Position numbers and translations under genes: made by a program. From a virus, in IMG/VR virus record IMGVR_UViG_3300008108_000098: 64,000 nucleotides of DNA, one strand, 5' to 3'. Below the pieces are notes generated by a model. That model made no database searches, was not told where the DNA came from, and saw only the letters and a list, made by a program, of their open reading frames with translations. How positions within the stretch are numbered: the stretch's first letter is position 1; the number at the start of each line of letters is the position of its first letter. Below, in pieces: positions 51,912 through 61,244 of this stretch.

Positions 51912-52006
51912 ATATTGTCTGGCAAATGTCATACGAAGTTTTTGCCAAACAATATTGGCGAGGACCAGTCTGACCCCAGTGTTGTCATACGAATGTTGTT
52001 TGGCAA
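51912..52006. repeat. IR-family copies: ATATTGTCTGGCAA ... TTGCCAAACAATAT ... TTGTTTGGCAA, with GTCATACGAA x2
   Basis: Seen directly. Same half-sites as the copies in the 52-64 kb block. Confidence 0.65.
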
Positions 52007-52018
52007 AATGGTCGGGTA

Positions 52019-52987
52019 TTAACTAAAGTCGATTTCGTATTTAGCGAACTGTTTTTTTAGGTGATCTTTAATTTCTCTATAAAGGTCCCAATCATCAGTT
52101 GCTGTAAGTGGTTTCCCGTCATACGACTCAAATGACGCAGTAAGTGAAATACTATAATCGGGGATGATGGTATTTGTTCGAGGGTCTATCAATGTTGCGG
52201 GATTATAGTCGTATTTGCTGGTTGAATATAGATATATACCATTACCCATACCCATTCGTAATACGTATGGTTTCCCTTTGTACATACCCTTGGATAATGC
52301 TTTGAGAATTACTTTTCCTCTTTTAACGGATCTTAATCTTTCCTCATCAAAATTATCAGAGAACTTAGCAATTAAGTTTTCAGGGATAACAAGTGTATTA
52401 CGAATGGCCTGTCTTTGAAAACTATTTAAATCATTAAACGACTTAACCTCTTGTTTGGGTACGTCGAATATGTTTTCCTGTATTGTTTGTCCGTGACCGA
52501 AAAGAAACTTCATATCTAATTCCGTCATCAAAGTTTTTGCAACCTGACTTGGAATTACTTCTCTTAAATTAAAATTAAACGAACCATTGTCATACGTTCT
52601 AAACCCTTCGATTGGATAATCCACATCTGGCATTGACATTGACATTTTACCATTACCTATGGCTTCATTGGTGAACAGGTGTAATCCATGTTTTATACCT
52701 AAGTTATATATGTGTACAAAAATATCGAACATACATGTGGGACTTATTTGTGCACCTCCGTCTAATCTAAAATCAGGTAATATTCTTAAGTTACCCTCAT
52801 GGGAACTACTTGAGCTGATTGCACATTTTGCTTCAGCGTTTTCAATTCTGAAGTCTAACGATGAAAAGTCTTTTGAAATTTTAAATATAGCCTCTTCAAA
52901 ATCAACCTTACTATCATTGAATTCAAATTCCTTCTTTGGTTCTTGGTTCTCCCCGTCTTCCATTAGTATGTCATACATCTTGATCAT
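52019..52987 (-). CDS. hypothetical protein
   Basis: Start moved to the first ATG (MIKMYDIL). The track start is a TTG inside the repeat. Confidence 0.45.
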   Translation of the reverse strand: MIKMYDILMEDGENQEPKKEFEFNDSKVDFEEAIFKISKDFSSLDFRIENAEAKCAISSSSSHEGNLRILPDFRLDGGAQISPTCMFDIFVHIYNLGIKHGLHLFTNEAIGNGKMSMSMPDVDYPIEGFRTYDNGSFNFNLREVIPSQVAKTLMTELDMKFLFGHGQTIQENIFDVPKQEVKSFNDLNSFQRQAIRNTLVIPENLIAKFSDNFDEERLRSVKRGKVILKALSKGMYKGKPYVLRMGMGNGIYLYSTSKYDYNPATLIDPRTNTIIPDYSISLTASFESYDGKPLTATDDWDLYREIKDHLKKQFAKYEIDFS

Positions 52988-53056
52988 AATAATAAATACT
53001 TTTGCCAAACAATATCTACCGTCTTCTTGGATCCTGAATCAGGAGACACTGTTTAA

Positions 53057-53083
53057 TAAAAAAATCCCAAGTGCAGACTTGGG
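53057..53083 (-). terminator. intrinsic terminator (minus): CCCAAGT-GCAG-ACTTGGG plus U-run
   Basis: 7-bp stem. A-run on the plus strand gives a U-run for minus-strand transcripts. Confidence 0.65.
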
Positions 53084-53149
53084 GGTCTACACGTTGGGAT
53101 TTAACGACCGATATATAATTAAAGGGCTTTAAAACCCTCAAATCATATA

Positions 53150-53338
53150 TTAGGCTGTTGCAAGGAGCTGATTGCGATAAGCAATTGCATTTCTCTTAGA
53201 AGAGAAATTCTTGCTGTATTTAGTTCCAGCTACACTTACACGTACACGATAGGATGAACCATCGAAGTACACATTGCTTGAAACCGGTACATAAGTAGTT
53301 TTAGTACGACGGTTTCGGTTGGTTGTTGATTTTTTCAT
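53150..53338 (-). CDS. AP2/integrase-arm-type DNA-binding domain protein (62 aa)
   Basis: YFDGSSYRVRVSVAGTKYSKNFSSKRNAIAYRNQL fits the 3-strand-plus-helix AP2-like pattern. Confidence 0.5.
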   Translation of the reverse strand: MKKSTTNRNRRTKTTYVPVSSNVYFDGSSYRVRVSVAGTKYSKNFSSKRNAIAYRNQLLATA

Positions 53339-53639
53339 ATAACATTTGGTTTATATTAAAATATAACATCCAAAAGTCATAAAAAAAAATATCCGGCAAC
53401 TTTTTTTAAAAAAGTTTTTGCCAAGCAATATCGCCCGATCATCTCCTCCCTCAGGGTTTCTTCTTATATCGAGAACCCCACTTGATGGACATGTATGCAT
53501 CATACCTGTGTCTCTTCATCCCATTGAAGAGAAAGTACACAAAGTAGTAATCCCAAATCCATTCCAACTCTTTAAAGAACTTCTTCATAAGCATAATTTT
53601 GCCAAACAATATCCGACAGACTCATCCTGATCTGAACCG

Positions 53640-53840
53640 TCAGATATTATTATGATACTCGAGATCTTCTTTGTTTATTGATTCAAGATTGAACTCATCG
53701 TACAATTGTTTCAGGACCCTGAGTTCACCTTCAGATCGATACTCTTCTTCAGGGCTGTCGAAATATCCTAAATCAATTCTGTTTGTTAATGAGTCGATCT
53801 TAGTAACGATCCACAACATTAAAATGGGTTTATTTATCAT
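53640..53840 (-). CDS. hypothetical acidic protein
   Basis: 66-aa ORF. Confidence 0.35.
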   Translation of the reverse strand: MINKPILMLWIVTKIDSLTNRIDLGYFDSPEEEYRSEGELRVLKQLYDEFNLESINKEDLEYHNNI

Positions 53841-53886
53841 GATATAATAGTTTTACAATTTTATGGGACAAAAAAAAGGACTCTTG

Positions 53887-54474
53887 TTAGAGTCCGTGTA
53901 AAGCTGGATGAATCTTTCCTTTTACTCCCCTTGGTCGATACTTACCCTCCTCATCGATGTAGAAGTCAATAATCAATCCAACCACCTTACGGTTAACTCT
54001 TGCCACATACAGTGTATATGACCCATCTCCAATTCCTGAACGAGTCACCACACCATTTTCATATGAACCCCACTCAAGTTTTGCTAAAGTGATCTTACAC
54101 ATCTTCAGGTACCAATCGTCCCCGTCTTTGGTGACAGGAAGCTCGAACGGTCTTCCATCATATGTTTCTGTTGGTACATCCATATCAATACCGTCGACTC
54201 TGTAAGTTTCCTTACTGAAGATACCGGCCTGACCTGAATCAACACCAATCTCAGCAGAATACTTTCTCCACGTGAGATCCTGATCAAGATAATCCTCGTG
54301 GATAGCTGTTAGATACGCAATTCTGTTGCCCCAACCATCTGTTTCCATTTCAGTGGCATTAGCAACATAGGATCCAGGTAATACATTCTTTACAATGGCT
54401 TGGCACCAAGTTGGAATGGTGTAGCAGGGATCGGATACTACTACTTCTTTTCCGAGTGTGATTTTGTTTGTCAT
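53887..54474 (-). CDS. hypothetical protein
   Basis: 195 aa. Start embedded in the conserved TATTCGTATGACA context. Confidence 0.5.
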   Translation of the reverse strand: MTNKITLGKEVVVSDPCYTIPTWCQAIVKNVLPGSYVANATEMETDGWGNRIAYLTAIHEDYLDQDLTWRKYSAEIGVDSGQAGIFSKETYRVDGIDMDVPTETYDGRPFELPVTKDGDDWYLKMCKITLAKLEWGSYENGVVTRSGIGDGSYTLYVARVNRKVVGLIIDFYIDEEGKYRPRGVKGKIHPALHGL

Positions 54475-54479
54475 ACGAA

Positions 54480-54710
54480 TCAGGGTTTTAATGTTTCTAA
54501 TATTCTTTCGTAAATCTTTCTTGTTAAAGAACTGTCCACTGTTCCACCAGGTATTACACGGTCCCTACAGACGATATCACCTGATAAACAATCAACCTCT
54601 TTTACCAAAACAGAATCAAAAAGTATTGGAGATGGGAATCTAACAATACCCTTTGTTCCTTTTGATAATCCAACTTGGAGTGCTTCATTTCTAAGCTCTA
54701 AGAATTCCAT
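54480..54710 (-). CDS. hypothetical protein
   Basis: 76-aa ORF. Confidence 0.35.
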   Translation of the reverse strand: MEFLELRNEALQVGLSKGTKGIVRFPSPILFDSVLVKEVDCLSGDIVCRDRVIPGGTVDSSLTRKIYERILETLKP

Positions 54711-54746
54711 ATGATAAAGGTATTACATTAACTGGAATATTCCAAA

Positions 54747-55247
54747 TTAATTTGTGATATTTTTATAGATGCTTTCGTACTTCTTGATATTCTCCTGAAT
54801 TTCAACATCCATAGCTTTTACTAACTTGGAATATGCTTTATCCATAAAGTCCTGATTGCCAGACAATTTATCAAGATCACCGTCCCAAAACTCGAGGTTA
54901 TCTACAATGACACGTATATCCTTAGTTGTCTTATCAGTTCTAAAAAATGGACAACGAGCGTAGATATATTCATTACGTACTATGTTGAGCTTGATGTCAT
55001 CGTTCGTCAGATTTTCCTTGGACCTGATTTGCATGATGATCACTTCAAGATCAGCAAGTTGCTGAATCTCTGTCTTTGTCTTCGTGATTAGATCCTGATA
55101 TGATTTAACAAACTGACCCAACTTCTTGGATTCCTTATTTGCCAGTGAACTTCCATAATCCATGAACCTGTCGTAAGAACTTTTTTCTTTTTCATTACCT
55201 ACGACATTTACAAACACACCTTCGATGTTCTTGTTTACTCTACCCAT
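54747..55247 (-). CDS. hypothetical protein
   Basis: 166-aa ORF. Confidence 0.45.
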   Translation of the reverse strand: MGRVNKNIEGVFVNVVGNEKEKSSYDRFMDYGSSLANKESKKLGQFVKSYQDLITKTKTEIQQLADLEVIIMQIRSKENLTNDDIKLNIVRNEYIYARCPFFRTDKTTKDIRVIVDNLEFWDGDLDKLSGNQDFMDKAYSKLVKAMDVEIQENIKKYESIYKNITN

Positions 55248-55478
55248 AATTGCAGTTTTTGTTTTTTGTTTTAAAAATTATTTTGCCAAACAATATTGGA
55301 CATCTCCTCAGATCTGTTGTTCTTGAGATGTTCAATGTACTCGAGAAACGTCATTCCGAATCCATTCGGAACATCGTGCAACCTCCTACCGACATTGAAT
55401 TCGTTAATCCAATCTTGTTCCGATGGTTGATCCACGGGATACGTGCTTGTCATGATGTTAATACTCATTTGTTATGAT

Positions 55479-55709
55479 TTAACGGTTATAAATTTTTTTA
55501 TATTCCTTATCGGTCAAGAACCTGAAAGGTGAAGTAATCTTCTTACCAAGAAGCAAGAGTCCCATCACATGGTCAATTTTCTCGATGTCATCAATAAGAG
55601 CTCGATTACCCTGTGCAGGATGTTTGATGTTGTTGATTGTTGTGTACAATCTTTCTTCGATGGAATCAACTACATAAGTTGACTCGAAGGTTTCTTTTTT
55701 CTTTGCCAT
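55479..55709 (-). CDS. hypothetical protein
   Basis: 76-aa ORF. Confidence 0.4.
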   Translation of the reverse strand: MAKKKETFESTYVVDSIEERLYTTINNIKHPAQGNRALIDDIEKIDHVMGLLLLGKKITSPFRFLTDKEYKKIYNR

Positions 55710-55721
55710 GGTTTTTTGTTT

Positions 55722-56140
55722 TTAAAATTTAGTTACGAAAAGTTTATAATCAACTGTACCGATTTCAATGAAACTAAGGTTATCCGCATTTACACTATCA
55801 TTATAAATCCAATTGGGATTCTCTCTCGGATTATATTTCAACCTAACACACATGGAGTACGTGTCATACGGATCAAACCCATCAAACTTTACATCTATCG
55901 AATCACACAAGATCCATGCACAAACTGTCTTGTGTTCACCGTCAAAGATCTTCTGTGCGGTCTTCTTATTGTTCTTGAGTGTACATCCTTTCATCACGAG
56001 CTGCGTTGATGTAGGTGATACATATTCCACCTCACCAGATGGATACTGTATTTTCCATTTCATATAATTCTGACCTCGCCCAAGATTAAAACGAACTTTA
56101 ATTTTCTTGCTCATGTTTTTGATCTGTGTCATACGAATAA
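55722..56140 (-). CDS. hypothetical protein
   Basis: Start moved to MTQIKNMSKK at the conserved TATTCGTATGACA motif. Confidence 0.45.
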
Positions 56141-56207
56141 TATTAGGAGTTACAAAGATATAACAGGGATACGAATATACCAAATATATCCCTGTTATTT
56201 TTTTATA

Positions 56208-56987
56208 TTATTGGATTACAAATTTATTTGTATCCACGAGTTTATTTCGGACCCGTTTAAATTTCAAACCGACAATGACGTTTTTATCATCTCTGTACCT
56301 CATGTCATAAAGATCTCCATTGATTACAGGACGACCCCAAAAGGTTTCGGGTACATCTTTAAAAACTACCGCCACCCTGATGTCATTGTTCAACATACTA
56401 ATACAGTCCTGAAAATTAGAACCACTGTAGGAAAATGTGATATCATAATTCGGATACTTCTTTACCAACTCCAAACGTTTAGCAACCTTTGTGTAATCGT
56501 AAAATTGAACGTCAGAAAAGATCTCCAAAATATTTTGTTTGCGACCGTCAACATCTAAGTAAAATGATTCAGGTGAGATGTCACTCGTGTTATTCAGACG
56601 TACACTGAAATGAAGATCTTCATTGATCGATCTTTGCCAGGCATTATAGATCTCATCGATCATCCACTTCATAAAGAATTCTCGATGTTCAAAAAACAGT
56701 TTTGTCTTCTTGATTCGTGATGCATTAATCTTGTTCTCCTTAACGTCCATTTTATTACGCCCTGATTCATTCAAACACAATTGTGTACATTCAGGGGTCC
56801 TTTTCGGACAAACTTCGTATCCACTCATTTTAGCAGGTGCGAGATAAAGTGTGTAAACAAGTTCGTCATACTTATAAGCTTTCTCATGTTTGGTCGAATT
56901 GTTAACCATTCCGAGGTATGACAAACCTGTCAACTTCTTTGCTTGTGCAATTGATTTGTATTCCATATAATTTGATTTGTGATACAA
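56208..56987 (-). CDS. hypothetical protein with Cys cluster (CPKRTPECTQLC)
   Basis: 259 aa. TATCTTTG -7 box upstream. Confidence 0.5.
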   Translation of the reverse strand: MYHKSNYMEYKSIAQAKKLTGLSYLGMVNNSTKHEKAYKYDELVYTLYLAPAKMSGYEVCPKRTPECTQLCLNESGRNKMDVKENKINASRIKKTKLFFEHREFFMKWMIDEIYNAWQRSINEDLHFSVRLNNTSDISPESFYLDVDGRKQNILEIFSDVQFYDYTKVAKRLELVKKYPNYDITFSYSGSNFQDCISMLNNDIRVAVVFKDVPETFWGRPVINGDLYDMRYRDDKNVIVGLKFKRVRNKLVDTNKFVIQ

Positions 56988-57016
56988 AGATATAAATTTT
57001 ATTTAATTCTACAAAA

Positions 57017-57628
57017 TTAATCCTCAGCTTTAGCAACTTCCTGCATGTCCTCAATAAATTGTGCAACAGATTTAGGGAGTTGTTTCAGGTCATATGACTT
57101 GATCATTTTAACAGGTGAATACTCTCCCTCATTTTTCATGTGATAAAATCTATCTTCTTTAGTTAAAGGATTTGTATTAAAACCCTCATAGATCTCGAAA
57201 GTATTCTTATCAAGGTCGATAACATAAGCCCACTCACAGAACAAACTATCTGCAGCAAAATCCTCGCTATTGTTCAGCCAAATAAGTTTATCCGTGTCAT
57301 CCTCATAAACCATGTTCAAAATATTTGCACCATTGTCACGAGTAAGGAGTGGATATTTTTTATGATACTTTTGTGCTTGTTCACCATTCATCCAACCATC
57401 AGAAGCGTCGATTTTTGCCAGAAAATTTTCCATCTCCTTTTGCTTCCGTGGACTCTTTTCAATAAATCGGCAACGTTCCAAAGTTTGTTTAAACTTTTCC
57501 ATGTCGGAGTTCAACAAAAATTCTACAACTGTTACCCCTTGTCCTGATGGATACCCATCCCATTGTCCGTACTGTGCGATCTTGGTTTCTCCGTTTGAGA
57601 TTACCATCGTGAGGTTTCTTGTTCCCAT
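57017..57628 (-). CDS. hypothetical protein
   Basis: 203-aa ORF. Confidence 0.5.
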   Translation of the reverse strand: MGTRNLTMVISNGETKIAQYGQWDGYPSGQGVTVVEFLLNSDMEKFKQTLERCRFIEKSPRKQKEMENFLAKIDASDGWMNGEQAQKYHKKYPLLTRDNGANILNMVYEDDTDKLIWLNNSEDFAADSLFCEWAYVIDLDKNTFEIYEGFNTNPLTKEDRFYHMKNEGEYSPVKMIKSYDLKQLPKSVAQFIEDMQEVAKAED

Positions 57629-57640
57629 GTGTGTGTTTAT

Positions 57641-57961
57641 TTAAAGTAAAGCAATGATTTGTTTTCTTTTATCTACGTATTTTACAAGTCGTTTGATAAA
57701 TGCATCGGCACCCTGTTTGCTCTTGAAGTAAGCAAAGAATTGACAGTACTCACTATCCTCGTCCGCAGATTTAGTAAGAACTTTGTTTTCTTTAAGACGT
57801 TCAACAACATCGTAATTACTTTCGCAGTTGTCAAATGTTTCGAGTGCTCTAAGATCTGCAGTGACGGTCCAATGTTTGTCATCACTACCCTTGTACGGTT
57901 TCAAACTTTCAGCCTTAAATGATCTCCCTTCTGTTGAGAGAGAATAGAATACTTTGTCCAT
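57641..57961 (-). CDS. hypothetical protein
   Basis: 106 aa. First gene behind a class B promoter. Confidence 0.45.
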   Translation of the reverse strand: MDKVFYSLSTEGRSFKAESLKPYKGSDDKHWTVTADLRALETFDNCESNYDVVERLKENKVLTKSADEDSEYCQFFAYFKSKQGADAFIKRLVKYVDKRKQIIALL

Positions 57962-57981
57962 GGTTATAATGTTTTAGGATA

Positions 57982-58039
57982 CAAATATACTACGTATAAA
58001 TTGATAATCCAAATTTAATTTGTTAAAATTTTGTGAAGG
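57982..58039 (-). promoter_or_regulatory. class B promoter: CCTTCACAAAATTTTAACAA element, -33 TTG, TATATTTG -7 box
   Basis: Bacteroidetes-type TTG-N20-TAnnTTTG. Near-identical copies at 59548, 60297, 62615 and 63605. Confidence 0.6.
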
Positions 58040-58066
58040 TGAATTCACCTGTGCCGGGATTCGTTG

Positions 58067-58119
58067 ATATTGTCTGGCAAGTCGAGTAGATCCCGTCCAA
58101 CCTATTTGCCAAACAATAT
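58067..58119. repeat. inverted-repeat pair ATATTGTCTGGCAA-N25-TTGCCAAACAATAT
   Basis: Seen directly. 31-nt right arm plus flank identical to 60418-60448. Confidence 0.7.
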
Positions 58120-58163
58120 CCTTAGCTGTTGCTGCGCACAGTAGAAGATGAGGTAACAGCAAT

Positions 58164-58191
58164 AAAAAACCCCCTGAAACCAGGGGGTTTT
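58164..58191 (-). terminator. bidirectional intrinsic terminator: A6-CCCCCTG-AAAC-CAGGGGG-T4
   Basis: Perfect 7-bp stem flanked by A- and T-runs. Confidence 0.8.
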
Positions 58192-58226
58192 GACACTTAC
58201 TAAACCATTAGAAAAAAAACCAAATG

Positions 58227-58460
58227 TTACTTCTTTTTCACAGTAACGATTTCGAATAGGTTCTTATAGTTGTTATTTATAATTTCATCTTGGTACATCA
58301 TAGCATCATCTAATGAAAGTTTGGACTTTGATATTTCCCAATTCTTCTTTGTTTTAGATGTCCATACTTCCCAATACTTTTTCGCATCGTCTAATTTGAT
58401 ACGAACGAAAACTTGTTTGGAGTGATCAAACAATGCTTTTCTTTTTTCTGGTTCTACCAT
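58227..58460 (-). CDS. hypothetical protein
   Basis: Start set to the ATG (MVEPEK). The track start is a TTG. Confidence 0.4.
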   Translation of the reverse strand: MVEPEKRKALFDHSKQVFVRIKLDDAKKYWEVWTSKTKKNWEISKSKLSLDDAMMYQDEIINNNYKNLFEIVTVKKK

Positions 58461-58646
58461 ACGTTTGTTTTTTTGGTTATGCAAAAGTAGTGAAATATAT
58501 TAAATAAACAATAAAATATTTTAAATGTTTAATTTTAGGTAAAAAAAAACTAAACAAATCTTTTATCTAATTGATTACCATTGTCATACGAATTGCCAAA
58601 CAACTTGTGCGATCGGATTTCCCGCTGCGGGTTTTAGGTAATACAA

Positions 58647-58673
58647 ATAAAAAGGGACACCTTTCGGTGCCCC
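58647..58673 (-). terminator. intrinsic terminator (minus): GGGACACC-TTTC-GGTGCCCC
   Basis: Stem with one mismatch. A-run on the plus strand. Confidence 0.6.
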
Positions 58674-58704
58674 TCTGTTCTTACTAACACTATTCACAAC
58701 AAAC

Positions 58705-59490
58705 TTAAATCAAACGAAGATTCAACTTCTCATTTTCCCTACGGCGATAATTGTAAATGTCCTCAATCATCACAGAGTAAGCTCTCTTATCACCGCAAAG
58801 ATGAATTGAACCCGGACGAAGTTTAACCTTATGGATAAATTCATCAAACTTAAATCCCTTCTTCTTCTCGGCAATAGTGAGAATTGCTCTCACAAAGTTT
58901 GACTTATTGTACCCCTTTTCAAAGTAAGGTTTAATTTCAAGAAGGTGATTTGCCCACTTCTCAGCGGTTTTCACACTTGCGATATTAAACTTACCTTTTT
59001 GGAATTGCTCCGTACTTGGATGCTTTGTTCCGCTATTTTGCAGAAGCATCATTCTTTCGGTAAGTGAGAACATTGGGTACTTATCACCAAACTCTTGGAG
59101 AATTTGGAAGTTCTCATTTCCCATTTCGGAGTAACCATGAATATAATCGTTCTTACGAACTTTCTTCTTCCACATATTATATTTGAGGAAGGCGTCAAAG
59201 ATACCCTTTTTGGTGAGAGGAATTTCCTCATCAATTACATAATACACACCAACACCCGCGAGTCTTGCTGCGGACAATCTATGTTGTCCATCGGCAGTCC
59301 AATGAACACCATTCTTATCTTTTCTTGTTACAACAATAGGTTCAGTATAACGAAACCCATTGACCTTCATGTCATCAGCGATTTCACGAATTTGGTTTTG
59401 AGATTGAGAATCCGTGATTTCACGATTAACTTTTACGAGTTGAAATCTATCAAGATTCGTTTCGTAGAGAATACTTTTATTCTTACTCAT
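58705..59490 (-). CDS. ParB-like nuclease (ParB/Srx) domain protein
   Basis: Motifs YTEPIVVTR ... ADGQHRLSAARLAGV. Confidence 0.65.
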   Translation of the reverse strand: MSKNKSILYETNLDRFQLVKVNREITDSQSQNQIREIADDMKVNGFRYTEPIVVTRKDKNGVHWTADGQHRLSAARLAGVGVYYVIDEEIPLTKKGIFDAFLKYNMWKKKVRKNDYIHGYSEMGNENFQILQEFGDKYPMFSLTERMMLLQNSGTKHPSTEQFQKGKFNIASVKTAEKWANHLLEIKPYFEKGYNKSNFVRAILTIAEKKKGFKFDEFIHKVKLRPGSIHLCGDKRAYSVMIEDIYNYRRRENEKLNLRLI

Positions 59491-59547
59491 AGTAAGTGAT
59501 GTTCAGAACACCTGTCCCCGTGTTTGTTGTGAATTTGTTTACGAGTA

Positions 59548-59618
59548 CAAATATATAACATTAATAACTCCAATCCAAATTTATTTTTTTATATTCTGTT
59601 AAAATAATGTTAAGGTAA
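59548..59618 (-). promoter_or_regulatory. class B promoter (TATATTTG) with degenerate upstream element
   Basis: Plus-strand CAAATATA at 59548-59555. 5' UTR shares AAACACGGGGACAGGTNTTCTGAACA with the 63566 copy. Confidence 0.5.
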
Positions 59619-59672
59619 TACAAATGATATCTTGATGACACCAGTCTGATCGCCTGGGCTGCCTGGGCAATG

Positions 59673-59725
59673 TTGTTTGGCAAATTGATCTACTCGAGAT
59701 CTCCTCACTGTTAATTGCCAAACAA
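59673..59725. repeat. degenerate IR pair TTGTTTGGCAA-N31-TTGCCAAACAA
   Basis: Spacer contains GATCTACTCGAG, the reverse complement of the spacer in the 58067 copy. Confidence 0.55.
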
Positions 59726-59762
59726 ATTTCGTAATCCGATGACGATCGTCAACATCTTGGAA

Positions 59763-59792
59763 ATAAAAAAGGGAGATACGAAATGTATCTCC
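59763..59792 (-). terminator. intrinsic terminator (minus): GGGAGATAC-GAAAT-GTATCTCCC
   Basis: Perfect 9-bp stem with A-run. Confidence 0.75.
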
Positions 59793-59872
59793 CAAACAAA
59801 ACACCAAACACAGATTATGAACAACTAATAAAATATAGTTATATTATTTCAATAAATCAAGTGTACTATCAA

Positions 59873-60079
59873 TCAAATAGTTTTGAATGTACAATAATCT
59901 TCTAAACGATCTAATGAAATTCTACCATAGTTTGTTGAACTATAATAACCTTGAACGGAATACCTTTGTTTCCATTTGTTGAAGGACTCCATCATTTGTT
60001 TCTTTGATGGATATGTCCACTTGTCGAACTCAATAGTAAAACCATCGGGTGACAATACTTGATACTTTTTATTTTTCAT
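59873..60079 (-). CDS. hypothetical protein (68 aa)
   Basis: Start set at MKNKKYQ. 11-nt overlap with the upstream gene. Confidence 0.4.
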   Translation of the reverse strand: MKNKKYQVLSPDGFTIEFDKWTYPSKKQMMESFNKWKQRYSVQGYYSSTNYGRISLDRLEDYCTFKTI

Positions 60080-60278
60080 CTTCTTGTGTTTTAATAATTG
60101 TTTGTGAATATTCAACCTCAATTCGTGTATCCATATGTTGCATACCACTATATCGGTTTTGTCTATGAATTTCGACAACCGAATGTCCACCAAATGGTTT
60201 CCATCCTTCTTGAATAAATTCATTTACTTTTCTTGTCAGTTCTTCGGGAGAACGTGATGATACGATTTTGTATTCCAT
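60069..60278 (-). CDS. DUF1737-like small protein
   Basis: MEYKIVSSRSPEELTRKVNEFIQEGWKPFGG pattern. Confidence 0.45.
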   Translation of the reverse strand: MEYKIVSSRSPEELTRKVNEFIQEGWKPFGGHSVVEIHRQNRYSGMQHMDTRIEVEYSQTIIKTQEDEK

Positions 60279-60296
60279 TGTTATTAATTTAGATTA

Positions 60297-60354
60297 CAAA
60301 TATACAACGAATAAATTAATATTCCAAATAATAATTGTTAAAAATTTGTGAAGG
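60297..60354 (-). promoter_or_regulatory. class B promoter
   Basis: Contains TTGTTAAAAATTTGTGAAGG ... TTGGAATAT ... TATATTTGTA. Confidence 0.6.
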
Positions 60355-60389
60355 AAATCAATGGTTTCAGCCGATCTGATTCGGCGCCA

Positions 60390-60440
60390 ATATTGTTTGG
60401 CAAGTGAATATGGTCGTCCAACCTATTTGCCAAACAATAT
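60390..60440. repeat. IR pair ATATTGTTTGGCAA-N23-TTGCCAAACAATAT
   Basis: Seen directly. GC hairpin GCCGA-TCTGAT-TCGGC sits just upstream. Confidence 0.7.
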
Positions 60441-60473
60441 CCTTAGCTCACGGTACCCCAAATTGCACAAAAC

Positions 60474-60497
60474 AAAAAACCCCAGCAAGTGCTGGGG
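60474..60497 (-). terminator. intrinsic terminator (minus): CCCCAGC-AAGT-GCTGGGG
   Basis: Perfect 7-bp stem with A6 on the plus strand. Confidence 0.75.
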
Positions 60498-60524
60498 TAA
60501 ATCAAAAACACTATGAAAACAAAA

Positions 60525-61223
60525 CTAACTTTCCAACTCCAAAAGAGTTTTATATTCTTCTTCGGTAAGGTGTCGTGTATTTTCACTTCTTACTCCTTCC
60601 TTCTTCTTAATCAAAATACAATCACCTTGCCTAACAATCTTTTCAATACAACCCTTTGGAATATCAGTTTGAATTGTCCAAGCAATTGCGTCAATTGCCG
60701 TGATTTTACTTCCATAATCATCTTCACTACTATACCAACGATTTGTTGTTCTGTTATCGTTTGTTTCAAACACACTACGGGCGTCAATCCAAATCATATA
60801 CTCTCTATCGGTTGAGGTGTCTTTACACTTTACATAATAAACTGGTTGTGGTTTCCGCCAAGCGTTCTCAACTCCTTTACTCCAAACATCGCCATCTACT
60901 TTGTAAAGTTCATAAGTATCGTTGAACTCTTTTGTAATCAACTCACCACTTTGAGTTACCCAAGTAGTTTGTTTCTTCAAAGTTTCCTTATCAATCAATT
61001 TAGGTTTGACTTCTTTAACCAATCTTTCCAATCCAAGACAACCAACCGCCACTCGTCTCTGTTCTGTATTACGAAACAATGTGGCAATTTCTTTGAAGGT
61101 CATTGGAACAATATCGTTCCAAATATCTTCAATCTCTTTCATTGGACATTCGTTATATTTCAATTTCAAAAGGCGACAACCTTCGTTGTACGGAAATTCA
61201 ATGTTGTTGATAATAATTTTCAT
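60525..61223 (-). CDS. hypothetical protein
   Basis: 232-aa ORF. Confidence 0.5.
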   Translation of the reverse strand: MKIIINNIEFPYNEGCRLLKLKYNECPMKEIEDIWNDIVPMTFKEIATLFRNTEQRRVAVGCLGLERLVKEVKPKLIDKETLKKQTTWVTQSGELITKEFNDTYELYKVDGDVWSKGVENAWRKPQPVYYVKCKDTSTDREYMIWIDARSVFETNDNRTTNRWYSSEDDYGSKITAIDAIAWTIQTDIPKGCIEKIVRQGDCILIKKKEGVRSENTRHLTEEEYKTLLELES

Positions 61224-61244
61224 TTGTTTTGTTTTTAATTGTTT

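Noticed and set aside
55271-55468. 65-aa - strand ORF
   Set aside because: Its C-terminal codons are the TTGCCAAACAATAT repeat read in frame (..SNIVWQNNF). It may be real but is repeat-derived, so I left it unannotated.
56162-56206. Hairpin AACAGGGA ... TCCCTGTT as a terminator
   Set aside because: The loop is 29 nt, long for an intrinsic terminator. It may still be structural but was not called.
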